Sequence record: NC_025447.1
Strand: one strand, 5' to 3'
Length of the DNA: 64,000 nucleotides
Every line of letters begins with the position of its first letter. Positions within the stretch are counted from its first letter, which is position 1. Below the pieces are notes generated by a model that was not told the DNA's origin, made no database searches, and saw only the letters and a list, made by a program, of their open reading frames with translations. Positions 41,501 through 51,067 of this stretch are shown here, piece after piece. The position numbers and the translations under genes were made by a program.

Positions 41501-41976
41501 ATATCAACCATATTTAATTTACCGTCCTTAATCAGCTTTCTAGCTTGCTTTACACGAGCAGTAGTGTTACTACCAGGGACAACTCCTAACCCTTCCAGAA
41601 TCGCGTTTTGCTGTGTTGCTGGAAGCCTTTTAAACTTATTAACATCCACAGTTAGTGCAGTGTGATGTATAACTTGTTCATCGTCAGGAATGCTGTTATT
41701 ACGCTCTAAGTAATCAGCAAGATTTCTGAGTACCTCATATAATGGTTTATCAGTTAAGTGCTTCATATATCGATTGAAGCTGTTTTGTACCTTTCCTTCC
41801 CAAGCATTGACTTCATTTTGAAGAACTTGTCTACAATGTTGGTTTCCATAGTGGTAGTGATCCAGTACTGGTTTAGTTATTGGTTCTTTAATTATAGGAT
41901 CTATTCCATTTTGTTTCTTTAGTAATTCGTTTCGATAGTTTGCAGCATCCTTACTATCTTTTAATCTTTTTTTCAT
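41485..41976 (-). CDS. Recombination endonuclease VII-like (gp49 family) nuclease
   Basis: QNGIDP...VLDHYH...RQVL...NAWEGK aligns with T4 QNGKC...LDHDH...RGLL...NAAEG; TATAAATA upstream at 42007-14 (minus). Confidence 0.65.
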   Translation of the reverse strand: MKKRLKDSKDAANYRNELLKKQNGIDPIIKEPITKPVLDHYHYGNQHCRQVLQNEVNAWEGKVQNSFNRYMKHLTDKPLYEVLRNLADYLERNNSIPDDEQVIHHTALTVDVNKFKRLPATQQNAILEGLGVVPGSNTTARVKQARKLIKDGKLNMVDIKKGS

Positions 41977-42069
41977 AATTCCTCACCAAACTATTTGTTA
42001 TCAAAATATTTATAGATTAGTTATTTGCAATATTTTAAGTACTTAATGAATATTTTTATAAAAATAGTG

Positions 42070-42096
42070 AGACAACTTTAAAGTTTGTGCTATAAT
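42070..42096 (+). promoter_or_regulatory. RGACAA-N15-TATAAT promoter firing into an ORF-free region
   Basis: AGACAA 42070-75, TG-C-TATAAT with the hexamer at 42091-96, A-rich upstream. Confidence 0.65.
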
Positions 42097-42102
42097 GTTT
42101 GT

Positions 42103-42586
42103 TGTAGTAATGACAATCCTGTTGAATGCAGAAATGCATATAAATTAGAACCTGATCCTATCGAAAATGTAGATGGCAGATGAGCAGTTCAACAGTGCGA
42201 TGAGCAAAAGAAACCCGTTAGATGTGGGCATAGTTTGAACCCCTCACGGCAATGCGGCTCAATAAAGAACTCCGATAAGCATACAGAGAGTTCCTCGATA
42301 GACATATAAGGATCGCACCTTACCAGATTTGCTAAGGGAGTTTATTAAGTGATTTTAATAAACAGCCTGAAGTTTGATTGTATAGACTTTCAGGTGAGTG
42401 TCAGGATGATTAAGACTGACGACCGTTGCACATGACTGCGATAGAGAGAAACAGAGCAACCCGCTTTCGTTCTTAATATATTTTTAAGAAATTCGCAATA
42501 CAATAAATGCTGAAACCATCAGCGTCAAGAAATAGAGACTTCATTGTCTCTTTTTTATTGTCTTCATTCCCCTGCGGGGGGATGAA
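42103..42586 (+). ncRNA. Candidate large structured non-coding RNA of unknown family
   Basis: No ORF >=60 aa, higher GC than flanks, about a dozen visible helices including long-range ones, GAAA tetraloop, terminator-like hairpin with T tract (see findings). Confidence 0.6.
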
Positions 42587-42812
42587 AATGTCCTCAACAA
42601 ATCCCGTCAAGTATTAAATCTTTTAAAGTTCTTTATAATTAATTTAATTAAATGAATATGAGTTACGTAGTAACGAATATTCTTCAGCTAACGAATGAAA
42701 TGAGTTAGATGAATCCAATAATATTAAAATTAATCCTTTCATAATTCAATTCAAATAATTCTGTAGTTTAAAACCAAAAAAAACCAGCAACAATGTGCTG
42801 GCTATATGAAAA

Positions 42813-43022
42813 TTAGTGCTTCTCGTTTTGTTTTTTAATTTTTTTATTAAAAGACTTAACTAATAAGTCTCTATCTATTAATGGCATATTAAGGAGTGTT
42901 CCATAGTCAATGTTATCCATATATACAGAACATTCCATTAGTGCATTTTTGATTTCTGACTTATTCAGTTCTATCTCCTTCAGTACTTCTTGTATTTCTT
43001 CAGGAGATGACTGGAGAAGCAT
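42813..43022 (-). CDS. gp51-like baseplate hub assembly protein
   Basis: Small ORF coupled to gp26; YMDNIDYGTLLNMPLIDR resembles gp51-family pattern. Confidence 0.5.
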   Translation of the reverse strand: MLLQSSPEEIQEVLKEIELNKSEIKNALMECSVYMDNIDYGTLLNMPLIDRDLLVKSFNKKIKKQNEKH

Positions 43023-43858
43023 TACTCGAAAAAATGACTAGGATCATATTTTAGTCCATCAATTTCCCATTGATGATTACATCCATCACATTCTACTTCC
43101 ATACTATGTGATACTCCAATTTCAAGTACTTCATCCATTTTTTCACGAATTAGTTTAAGTACTCCCTTCGATTGTTGTCCAAGCCATTCATTAATAAATT
43201 CTTTTTCAACTACTTCATCACCATCTGGTGTTATAATTTTTGCAATAACTCCACCGATCATGTCGAAGTTAAGTTGAGCCATGTTTTCAAATACTTCAGA
43301 AAATATTTTTACTTTTTCATCTTTATCAATATCAGCAGTTTCAAGAAACTTAGTCTTCTGTTGCTCACTGAACATGCGTTCAGCAAACGATGAATATTCT
43401 TTCCATGTCAGTGGTCTAAATTCTAAACGGAGTCCATTATCTAAATCAATTGATGGGATTTCTTCAAATGCTTGTGCAGTTTCAAGAAGATATGATAGAT
43501 TACGCTCAAATCGACCTTCTTTTTCACATTCAGGACATACAACGTTAATATCATATGTTTCTTCTTTAGAAGCAACTTTAATAGCAATAAGAAGCATTTC
43601 AACGTCATTTACATACAACTCATCAGCGTCAATTACATTAGGAACACAGTTTTCAATAACACGGGATACTGCATCTCCGTTTAGTAACATATCGGGGGTA
43701 TTAAGTGTCATTTCATCACGTGCACTACGTGCACAAACTCCACATTTGACACCTTTTGGACCTAGAACTCCTTCTTTATAAGGAATAACGCCGTTTGTAA
43801 CTAACTTAGTACTGATCTCTTCAATTTTAGTGTACTTAGCAAGTGGATTCATAGCCAT
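43022..43858 (-). CDS. gp26: gp26-like baseplate hub subunit
   Basis: NPLAKY...ARDEMTLNTPDMLLNGDAV...DVEMLLIAIKVAS, CPEC, CDGC; TATAAATA at 43893-43900 (minus). Confidence 0.75.
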   Translation of the reverse strand: MAMNPLAKYTKIEEISTKLVTNGVIPYKEGVLGPKGVKCGVCARSARDEMTLNTPDMLLNGDAVSRVIENCVPNVIDADELYVNDVEMLLIAIKVASKEETYDINVVCPECEKEGRFERNLSYLLETAQAFEEIPSIDLDNGLRLEFRPLTWKEYSSFAERMFSEQQKTKFLETADIDKDEKVKIFSEVFENMAQLNFDMIGGVIAKIITPDGDEVVEKEFINEWLGQQSKGVLKLIREKMDEVLEIGVSHSMEVECDGCNHQWEIDGLKYDPSHFFE

Positions 43859-43988
43859 TTTATTAAATCTCCATGTAATAAATGTGTTTTAGTATTTATA
43901 AGACCAAAAAAGATTAAATTAAACTAATTTTTATATTCTCTATAGTTTCATAAATATTTCTATAATACATCTATTAAAAGGGAATGTT

Positions 43989-46193
43989 ATGGCTGGAAAT
44001 ACAAGTGATTACCTACTCCAGCAGTTGGTTAATCAAACTAAAGATAACAACGATAGTTTGAGTGCTATACGTGAGTTATTGGCTGAAAATATAAAAAATG
44101 ATAGAAAGAAATCCGGTTCTAAAAGTGGAAAACGTAATGGAAGTAATTCATCAAGTACTGGAAACCGTGGCTCTCGAACAAATAACAAAGCTGATGATGG
44201 TAAAGAATTTGGAAAAATATTTAAATCATTATCATCTGAAGTATCGAATGTCGGCAAAACTATGATGAGTACGTCTGCAAACGTTAGCAATGTTGTAAAC
44301 TCACTAGGAATGAGTGCATCTTCATTTGCTGGTTCATTAGCAATGATCCCAGGTCCAGTTGGTGCAGCAGCATCTGCCTTCAAATTGGTTGCTGACGCTG
44401 GTTTAGCAGTTTATAATGTGTTAAATGCACAGCTTGAAGTTTATAATAGAATAAACAGTGCTGGTGTCGCTCTATCTGAAGGTTACGGCTCCATATTAAA
44501 AGGTGCTGGTGCATCAATGATGAGTATTGATGCATTTGGTGAAGCATTACAAACTCATAGTGCCGTTGTTGCACAATTAGATGGTGCATATGGTGATGGT
44601 GTTTCTACATTTGGTAAATTATTGGGTACTGTGCAACAAGCACAAAATCAATTAGGTTTATATGGTGTTTCTCAAAAAACATTAACTGATTTAACTGCAC
44701 GTAATATTAAATTCCAAAAGCAATTTGGTGGAAGAGAAATGTTACGTAGTATGGATCAAGCAAAAAGTACTGAACAGTTTATCATGAGCATGACTAAGTT
44801 CAGTAAAAGCATGGGTGAGTCAGTTGATGCACTATTAAATAAAACACAAAACTTAGATAAATCATTAGACACACGTTCAATGCAAATCGCATTACAAAAC
44901 TATTCTGGATTATCTAGTAAAGCAGCAGTTGCAACATCAAAAGCATTTAACGAAGCGGCTGCCAGTATGGGTGATGCTGGTGCAGATTTTCTACGTTTAA
45001 TTTCACATCGTTTAACTATTGGTGGAGTACCAGATGATTTATTGACTCCAGTACTGAACCAATTTGCTGATTTAGGTGAGAACTTGGTACGTAGTGGTGT
45101 TACTGATTCACAAGAAATTCGCCGTCAACAATTGGAATTTGTTAAAAAGAACAAAGAACTAATAAAGCAAGATTTATTAAATCAGATACAATTAGGAAAC
45201 ACTACGGCAGCAACCTTCAACCAACAACTACTTGATATGGAAGCTGCGATTAATGATCCTAAGAGTCAACCAGCAGATAAACTAACACAATTCACTGATA
45301 GATTCAATAGATGGATTAGTAAAGAATTTACTGAACCATTTAATAAAATGTATGCAGATACACAAAATTCTATTGCGGATTACCTTACTGATATTGCAGA
45401 CCGTACTGATGGTGCATGGGAATTTATCGGAGAGTTAGCACTTGATGGTTTTGGTTTGGTTCCTATTGCGAAAGATGCAGTTGCGTATTTGGATAGGATT
45501 GGTGGTGAGTTTGAGCAGTGGTTAGAAGGGTTAGGTACTGAAATTTTTGGTAGTGGATATAATAAAGTTTCAGAAGCATTTGATAGCTTTATGAATAACC
45601 TAATGGATCTTCCTGGTAAACTTTGGGATTCTGTTAAAGGTTGGTTTGGTGGTTCAGACGACAAAGTAAAAGTAGAAAACAATTCTGTTACCGATGGTGC
45701 AGAAAAAGTTAATAATTATTTTGAAGAAAAAATGAATTCATTTGGTGATTATATTTCTAGTTCATTTGATGGTTTTTTAAAATGGAATTCAAGTAGAAAC
45801 TTTAAACAACCAAAACCCCTTGATGAATCAGTTGCTGAAAAACTTATTAGTAGTGGTCTTGAAAATAAGCCAAGAGCAACTGCGAGAATCGAAAAATCTG
45901 AACATGTTGCACCATATGTTACCATAACTCCAAAAACTTTTGATAAATCAGCATGGGGTCCAAATGAACCACCAATTCAAGCTGAACCGGACGATTATGA
46001 GGCCATGAAAGCGATGATAAATAGTGGTAGTAGTATGGCAAATGCTAATAATAATGCCACAATATCAGAAGACATGAAAGAGTTACTTAAAAAACTTGCT
46101 GATGTTAATGAGCAATCTCTATCTGCTGTGCAACAGACAAATAACTATCTAAGAACTATCTCTGAAAACACTCAAGGTGAGAGAAACAGTTAA
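43989..46193 (+). CDS. Tape-measure-like (gp29-like) protein
   Basis: Long helical Ala/Ser/Gly-rich ORF divergent from gp26; CATAAATA upstream. Confidence 0.55.
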   Translation: MAGNTSDYLLQQLVNQTKDNNDSLSAIRELLAENIKNDRKKSGSKSGKRNGSNSSSTGNRGSRTNNKADDGKEFGKIFKSLSSEVSNVGKTMMSTSANVSNVVNSLGMSASSFAGSLAMIPGPVGAAASAFKLVADAGLAVYNVLNAQLEVYNRINSAGVALSEGYGSILKGAGASMMSIDAFGEALQTHSAVVAQLDGAYGDGVSTFGKLLGTVQQAQNQLGLYGVSQKTLTDLTARNIKFQKQFGGREMLRSMDQAKSTEQFIMSMTKFSKSMGESVDALLNKTQNLDKSLDTRSMQIALQNYSGLSSKAAVATSKAFNEAAASMGDAGADFLRLISHRLTIGGVPDDLLTPVLNQFADLGENLVRSGVTDSQEIRRQQLEFVKKNKELIKQDLLNQIQLGNTTAATFNQQLLDMEAAINDPKSQPADKLTQFTDRFNRWISKEFTEPFNKMYADTQNSIADYLTDIADRTDGAWEFIGELALDGFGLVPIAKDAVAYLDRIGGEFEQWLEGLGTEIFGSGYNKVSEAFDSFMNNLMDLPGKLWDSVKGWFGGSDDKVKVENNSVTDGAEKVNNYFEEKMNSFGDYISSSFDGFLKWNSSRNFKQPKPLDESVAEKLISSGLENKPRATARIEKSEHVAPYVTITPKTFDKSAWGPNEPPIQAEPDDYEAMKAMINSGSSMANANNNATISEDMKELLKKLADVNEQSLSAVQQTNNYLRTISENTQGERNS

Positions 46194-46204
46194 GGACGAA
46201 AATA

Positions 46205-47944
46205 ATGAGTTGGAAACGACATATGACAGTGGGAAGGTCTAAACTATCGACCATCCCAAATCAGTCCAGTAATAGCAATAAATCAACAGGAACGAAAACA
46301 AATTTCGCTTCCTATCTTCCTGTTGTATATAATGGATTGGCAAACCGTACTGAGCGTTATAGTCAGTATGAGCAAATGGACCAAGATCCTGAAATTAGAA
46401 CTGCATTGAATATAATTGCTGACTTTTGTACCCAAAGTACTGAAGATTTTGGTTTACCATATAAAATCAAATATAAAGATGATATTGGTGATACTGAAGT
46501 AACGACTATTGAAGATCGTTTAGATGCATGGACTGAACAAAATGATTTTAAAACACGAATGTATGAAATTATGCGTGGTCTTCTGAAATATGGTGATCAA
46601 TTTTTCATTCGAGATCCAGAAACATTCGATTGGTATTGGGTAAGTCCCAAAAATGTTGAGCAAGTATTTGTTAACGAAGCCACTGGTAAAACACCAGTAA
46701 TTTATTATATACGTGACGTATCATTAAATTTGAAAGATAAAGTTTTTAGTAACCTTCAAGTAGGATTTGATAAAACCGCTTATCCAGGAGCTATTCCGAC
46801 AACAATGGGTGGTGGTGGTTCAGTAGCTGCGGGTGGTGCATCTGGTTTTACAAGTCAAGGAAATACTGCTGATCCATTCAGTACTAACGGTCAATTAGAC
46901 GTTATTCCTGTTGGTGCAGAACACGTAATTCATCTAACGCTAAATACAGGACAAGATGGGGTATGGCCTTTTGGTACTAGTATACTTGAGGACGTATTTA
47001 AAGTCTATAAGCAAAAAGAACTTCTGGAAGATAGTATCATAATTTATCGTGTACAACGTGCACCTGAGCGTCGTGTATTTAAAATTGATGTTGGTGATAT
47101 GCAAGCACACCAAGCAATGGCTTATGTTGAAAGATTTAAAAATGAAATCCACCAGCGTAGAATACCTTCAAACAAAGGTGGAAGTACTTCATTAATGGAT
47201 GCAGCATATAATCCATTAAGCATTTTAGAAGACTACTTTTTCCCACAAACTTCTGAAGGTCGTGGTTCAGATGTTCAAACATTACCAGGCGGTGATAACT
47301 TAGGACAAATTGATGACTTACGTTATTTCAATAATAAATTGATTCGTGGTCTTCAAATACCAGCTTCTTATCTACCACAAGGTCCAGATGATGGTGGTGT
47401 TTCATTATTTGGTGATGGTGCTACACAAGCTATGGCAAGTGAATTGCGATTCAATAATCAATGTATGCGTTATCAACGTTTAGTTGCAAAACATTTTGAT
47501 GCTGAATTCAAAAGATTTATGGTTAAAAATGGATATAACATTAGTACTTCATCTTTTGAAGTTATTATGAATCCACCTATTAACTTAGCTTCTTATCGTA
47601 AAGCTGAACTAGATGCTAAACTAATTAATACATATCTTCCTCTTAATGACTTGCCTTATATGGCGAAACAAACAATTCTTGAAAAAATGGGCTTTTCTAA
47701 AGCTGATATTGTTAAGAATGAACAAATGTGGTTACAAGAGAATCCACAAGATGGTTCCCAACCTTCTGGTGGTGAAGAAGATTCCGCAGGATTACAGTCT
47801 GTTGGTATTGATGCTCCAAATGATCCTGGAATGGATCTTGGTATTGATGGAGAAGGTAATTTGGAAAGTGCTGATGCCGAATACCAAGAGCAACAGAGTG
47901 GAAGTGGTGGTTTCAACCCTAATAATTTAGGCAATTCTTTTTAA
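46205..47944 (+). CDS. gp20: Portal protein
   Basis: YRVQRAPERRVFKIDVGDM, LEDYFFP...GRGSDVQTLPGGDNLGQIDDLRYF. Confidence 0.95.
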   Translation: MSWKRHMTVGRSKLSTIPNQSSNSNKSTGTKTNFASYLPVVYNGLANRTERYSQYEQMDQDPEIRTALNIIADFCTQSTEDFGLPYKIKYKDDIGDTEVTTIEDRLDAWTEQNDFKTRMYEIMRGLLKYGDQFFIRDPETFDWYWVSPKNVEQVFVNEATGKTPVIYYIRDVSLNLKDKVFSNLQVGFDKTAYPGAIPTTMGGGGSVAAGGASGFTSQGNTADPFSTNGQLDVIPVGAEHVIHLTLNTGQDGVWPFGTSILEDVFKVYKQKELLEDSIIIYRVQRAPERRVFKIDVGDMQAHQAMAYVERFKNEIHQRRIPSNKGGSTSLMDAAYNPLSILEDYFFPQTSEGRGSDVQTLPGGDNLGQIDDLRYFNNKLIRGLQIPASYLPQGPDDGGVSLFGDGATQAMASELRFNNQCMRYQRLVAKHFDAEFKRFMVKNGYNISTSSFEVIMNPPINLASYRKAELDAKLINTYLPLNDLPYMAKQTILEKMGFSKADIVKNEQMWLQENPQDGSQPSGGEEDSAGLQSVGIDAPNDPGMDLGIDGEGNLESADAEYQEQQSGSGGFNPNNLGNSF

Positions 47945-48017
47945 ACATAAATAACAGTGTATAAGAATGAGGGTTTATTTTTACCCTCATTTATAATGCA
48001 TATTTCAAGGAGATCAA

Positions 48018-48245
48018 ATGTTAAAGGACATCTTTGAATCTAGCAGTGATTCAATGTACGACCCTGAAGATGATCAGAACGTATATAAAATTACTGATTC
48101 CAGAAAACCGAAACTAACATTACAAGTATTAAACAACTTAAGAAAGTACCGTGAATTTAAAGCACATGAAGAACAACGCCGCAAAAATGTGGTTGCAGTT
48201 GTTTATGCCGCTGCACCAACTGGTGACGGTTCTGGGTTAATGTAA
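48018..48245 (+). CDS. Hypothetical head-region protein, 75 aa
   Basis: GGAG RBS, CATAAATA upstream, between portal and core genes. Confidence 0.55.
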   Translation: MLKDIFESSSDSMYDPEDDQNVYKITDSRKPKLTLQVLNNLRKYREFKAHEEQRRKNVVAVVYAAAPTGDGSGLM

Positions 48246-48334
48246 ATCAAAAATCGCACTTTTTAAAGCTTTTAAAAAAGGCGATTTTATTCAGTACTAA
48301 ATAATATCATACTTTATACGAATGTAATATATCT

Positions 48335-49195
48335 ATGGAGGATATAATGGCGAATTTAAAACTACTACAAGAAGCAATTGCGGCGTTTGCAAATGGCGAA
48401 CAAGATATTGCTGATAAAAAAATGCGTAAGTATTTCGTTGAGCAAGCTCAAGAAATTAACAAACAACTAGAAGAAAGCATGGAAGATGAAGACGACGATG
48501 AAGATTGTGAAGTCGAAGTTAAAGTCAAAGATGAAGAAAAGCTTGACGAAGATTTTGATGTACAACCAGACGAAGGTCTAAATGCTGAAATCGAATACAC
48601 CCTTGGTGAAGAAGATGAAAGTGCAGAAGAAGAAGTTGAATTCTCTGCTGATGCAGATGGTGACGGTGAAGACGATGTTGACGTTGAAGTGAAAGCTGAT
48701 GCTGATGTTCCTTCCGAAGACCAATGGGAATCAATCCAAGATGCTTTCCGTGGCCTACAACAAATGTTTGATGAAATCGGTGACGGTGAAGTTGATCTAG
48801 ATTCTGAAGAAGAAGTAGAAGATAGCGAAGAAGAAGTTGGCGTTGACGGTGACGACGAATTTGCTGATGTTGAATTCGGTGATGAAAAATTCGGTGAATC
48901 CTTCAAACTAGAAAAAGTTGCTCCAGTTGATAAGAAAGAAAAAGCTGGCACTCATTCCAAATCTCCAGTAGCACCAGAAGCTAAATCTCCAGTAGCAGGA
49001 GCAGAGCCAGTTAAATTCGCTAAGAAAACTGACCAAGCACCACTACTAGACCTAGATGATAAATCTGTTCTACCAAAAGATAGTCTAGATCTTGGTAAAA
49101 ATGCTCGCGGTGAAATGAAAGATGTTAAAGCACCAAAAACTACTGCATCTAATTCTAAATCACCACTAAGCAAAGCACAACCTAAACTAAAATAA
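48335..49195 (+). CDS. Highly acidic prohead core/internal protein
   Basis: Asp/Glu-rich centre, Lys/Pro-rich tail with a KSPVA repeat, capsid-like codon bias, lies before the protease. Confidence 0.5.
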   Translation: MEDIMANLKLLQEAIAAFANGEQDIADKKMRKYFVEQAQEINKQLEESMEDEDDDEDCEVEVKVKDEEKLDEDFDVQPDEGLNAEIEYTLGEEDESAEEEVEFSADADGDGEDDVDVEVKADADVPSEDQWESIQDAFRGLQQMFDEIGDGEVDLDSEEEVEDSEEEVGVDGDDEFADVEFGDEKFGESFKLEKVAPVDKKEKAGTHSKSPVAPEAKSPVAGAEPVKFAKKTDQAPLLDLDDKSVLPKDSLDLGKNARGEMKDVKAPKTTASNSKSPLSKAQPKLK

Positions 49196-49215
49196 ATATC
49201 TGAAAGGAGATCATT

Positions 49216-49839
49216 ATGAGTAGTATGATTCGTGAATGGTCTTCATTCAATGATTCTAAAGTTGTTTTGGAACATCGTGATAATGGATTTGGTGGGCGTG
49301 ACTGCTATCTTCGTGGTATTGCTATTCAAGCCGACCAACGAAATTTGAACGAGAGAATTTACCCTTTATCTGAAATTACAAGGGCAGTAAATAACATGAA
49401 CCAGCGTTTAGCTAAAGGTGAAAGCATTCTTGTTGAATGTGACCATCCAGAAACACTAACTATTAACCTAGACCGAGTAGCAGCAATGATTACTAAGGTT
49501 TGGATGGAAGGTGCTAATGGTATGGCAGAAATCAAACTACTTGATACTGCACATGGTCAAAATATCCGTAAAATGCTAGAGGCTGGTGTAAAACTTGGTG
49601 TAAGTTCTCGCGGTTCCGGTAACGTTGATTATAATGGAATAGTTTCTGATTTTGAAATTATCACTATTGATATTGTTGCTCAACCTAGTGCTCCAGAAGC
49701 ATACCCAACAGCGGTATTTGAATCTCTGATGAGTAAGTACGGATCACCTTGTAATAGTTCTAAAAAAATCACTGAATCTAAAAAAGTAAATAATTTAGAT
49801 TCTGAAATATACGATTTTTTCAAGAAATTAAAAGGTTAA
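49216..49839 (+). CDS. gp21: Prohead protease
   Basis: ECDHP, LGVSSRGSG and DIVAQPSAPEAY motifs. Confidence 0.92.
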   Translation: MSSMIREWSSFNDSKVVLEHRDNGFGGRDCYLRGIAIQADQRNLNERIYPLSEITRAVNNMNQRLAKGESILVECDHPETLTINLDRVAAMITKVWMEGANGMAEIKLLDTAHGQNIRKMLEAGVKLGVSSRGSGNVDYNGIVSDFEIITIDIVAQPSAPEAYPTAVFESLMSKYGSPCNSSKKITESKKVNNLDSEIYDFFKKLKG

Positions 49840-49850
49840 CATTTTAAAAA

Positions 49851-49858
49851 TATAAATA
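49851..49858 (+). promoter_or_regulatory. T4-type late promoter TATAAATA (scaffold)
   Basis: Exact T4 gp55 consensus. Exact copies also at 51060, 61195 (+) and 31318, 42007, 43893 (-); NATAAATA variants precede most structural genes. Confidence 0.8.
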
Positions 49859-49905
49859 TCTGTATGTTGAAGTACAGATATTTCAGTACTTAAAGGAGAG
49901 AACGA

Positions 49906-51021
49906 ATGTCTAAATTAGAAAAGCTTCTAAAAGAATCATCTCTTTCTGATGAGGCAAAACAGCTAATTCAGGAAGCATGGAATGAAGAAAAGAATACACT
50001 AGCCGCAGAGATGCGTGAAGAAATGAAAGGCCGTTATCAGCAAGATTTGGCTGAACTAACCGAAGGTTTGAACACTATGGTTACTCAAGTCATTGCTGAA
50101 GAAATGGGTGCTGTATATGAAGAGAAAAAACGTCTCGTTGAAGATCGTGTAACTCTACGTAAAACACTAAGCAATTTCTCTGCGTTTTCAAACTCTGTTT
50201 TGGCTGAAGAAGTTAAACAAATGCGTAAAGAACGTAAGCATCTTCATGAATGCATGGGTAAATTCGTTAATTTTTCTAACGGTATCCTAGCAGAAGAGCT
50301 AAAAGAATTCCACACTGAAAAACGCCAACTAGTAGAAACTCGCGTTAAACTACTTGCTGAAGGTTCACGTCAAATTGCTGAAGCTCGTAATAACTTCATC
50401 AAACGTACATCTGAAAGTGCTGCTAAATATATTGCAGAAACCACTCAGAAGAATCTATATGCGTTGAAACAAGATCTAGTGGAAGCAAAACAAAATATGT
50501 TTGGTCGTAAAATCTTTGAAGCATTTGCTCAAGAGTTTAATGTCAAACAATTTAATGAAAACTCATTGCTACGTTCCCTAACTGAATCAATTAAATCTAA
50601 AGAAGATGAAATTGCTCAAGTTAAGCAAGAACTACATGAAACTGCTAATGCCGTTAAAGCTGCTAAAACCAAACTACGTATTATGGAAGATGCACAAGCA
50701 CGTAATGCGATTATGTCTGAACTAGTAAAACCACTAACTGCACAGCAAAAACAAATTATGGAATCCCTTCTAGCTACTTCACCTACTGAAAAGCTTAAAG
50801 AAGATTTCAGCAAGTACCATAAGTCAGTACTTAACGGTACTAAAGTAAATGAATCTGCTACCACTCGTCAAGCAGTTCAGTCTTCCGCTAAGAAAACTCT
50901 TGCAGAAGGTAAAGTAATCACTGGCAACCGTCAGGCTATTGTTGAAAGCGAAGAAATGACCGCTGACGATATGGCATTCCTAAAAGAACTAGATGTTCTT
51001 TCAGGTATCAATAAAAAATAA
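49906..51021 (+). CDS. gp22: Prohead core scaffold protein
   Basis: Coiled-coil Glu/Lys-rich ORF between protease and capsid; GRKIFEAFAQE motif. Confidence 0.8.
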   Translation: MSKLEKLLKESSLSDEAKQLIQEAWNEEKNTLAAEMREEMKGRYQQDLAELTEGLNTMVTQVIAEEMGAVYEEKKRLVEDRVTLRKTLSNFSAFSNSVLAEEVKQMRKERKHLHECMGKFVNFSNGILAEELKEFHTEKRQLVETRVKLLAEGSRQIAEARNNFIKRTSESAAKYIAETTQKNLYALKQDLVEAKQNMFGRKIFEAFAQEFNVKQFNENSLLRSLTESIKSKEDEIAQVKQELHETANAVKAAKTKLRIMEDAQARNAIMSELVKPLTAQQKQIMESLLATSPTEKLKEDFSKYHKSVLNGTKVNESATTRQAVQSSAKKTLAEGKVITGNRQAIVESEEMTADDMAFLKELDVLSGINKK

Positions 51022-51059
51022 ACATTTTAAAGCATTTTAATAATCAAATTTTTCAGTTC

Positions 51060-51067
51060 TATAAATA
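51060..51067 (+). promoter_or_regulatory. T4-type late promoter TATAAATA (major capsid)
   Basis: Exact consensus 46 bp upstream of the ATG. Confidence 0.85.

Noticed and set aside
42103-42590. tRNA, tmRNA, RNase P RNA or group I intron as the identity of the structured region
   Set aside because: No cloverleaf, no GGGGC...CCA ends, no GAGGAAAGUC motif. GCAGTTCAACAG only loosely resembles a group I R element, with no convincing S element or interrupted exon.
48448-49173. Ser-rich minus-strand ORFs, and similar short antisense ORFs inside clpA, gp46, tape measure and polymerase
   Set aside because: They are reverse-frame artefacts of biased sense-strand genes, with no RBS or recognisable motifs.
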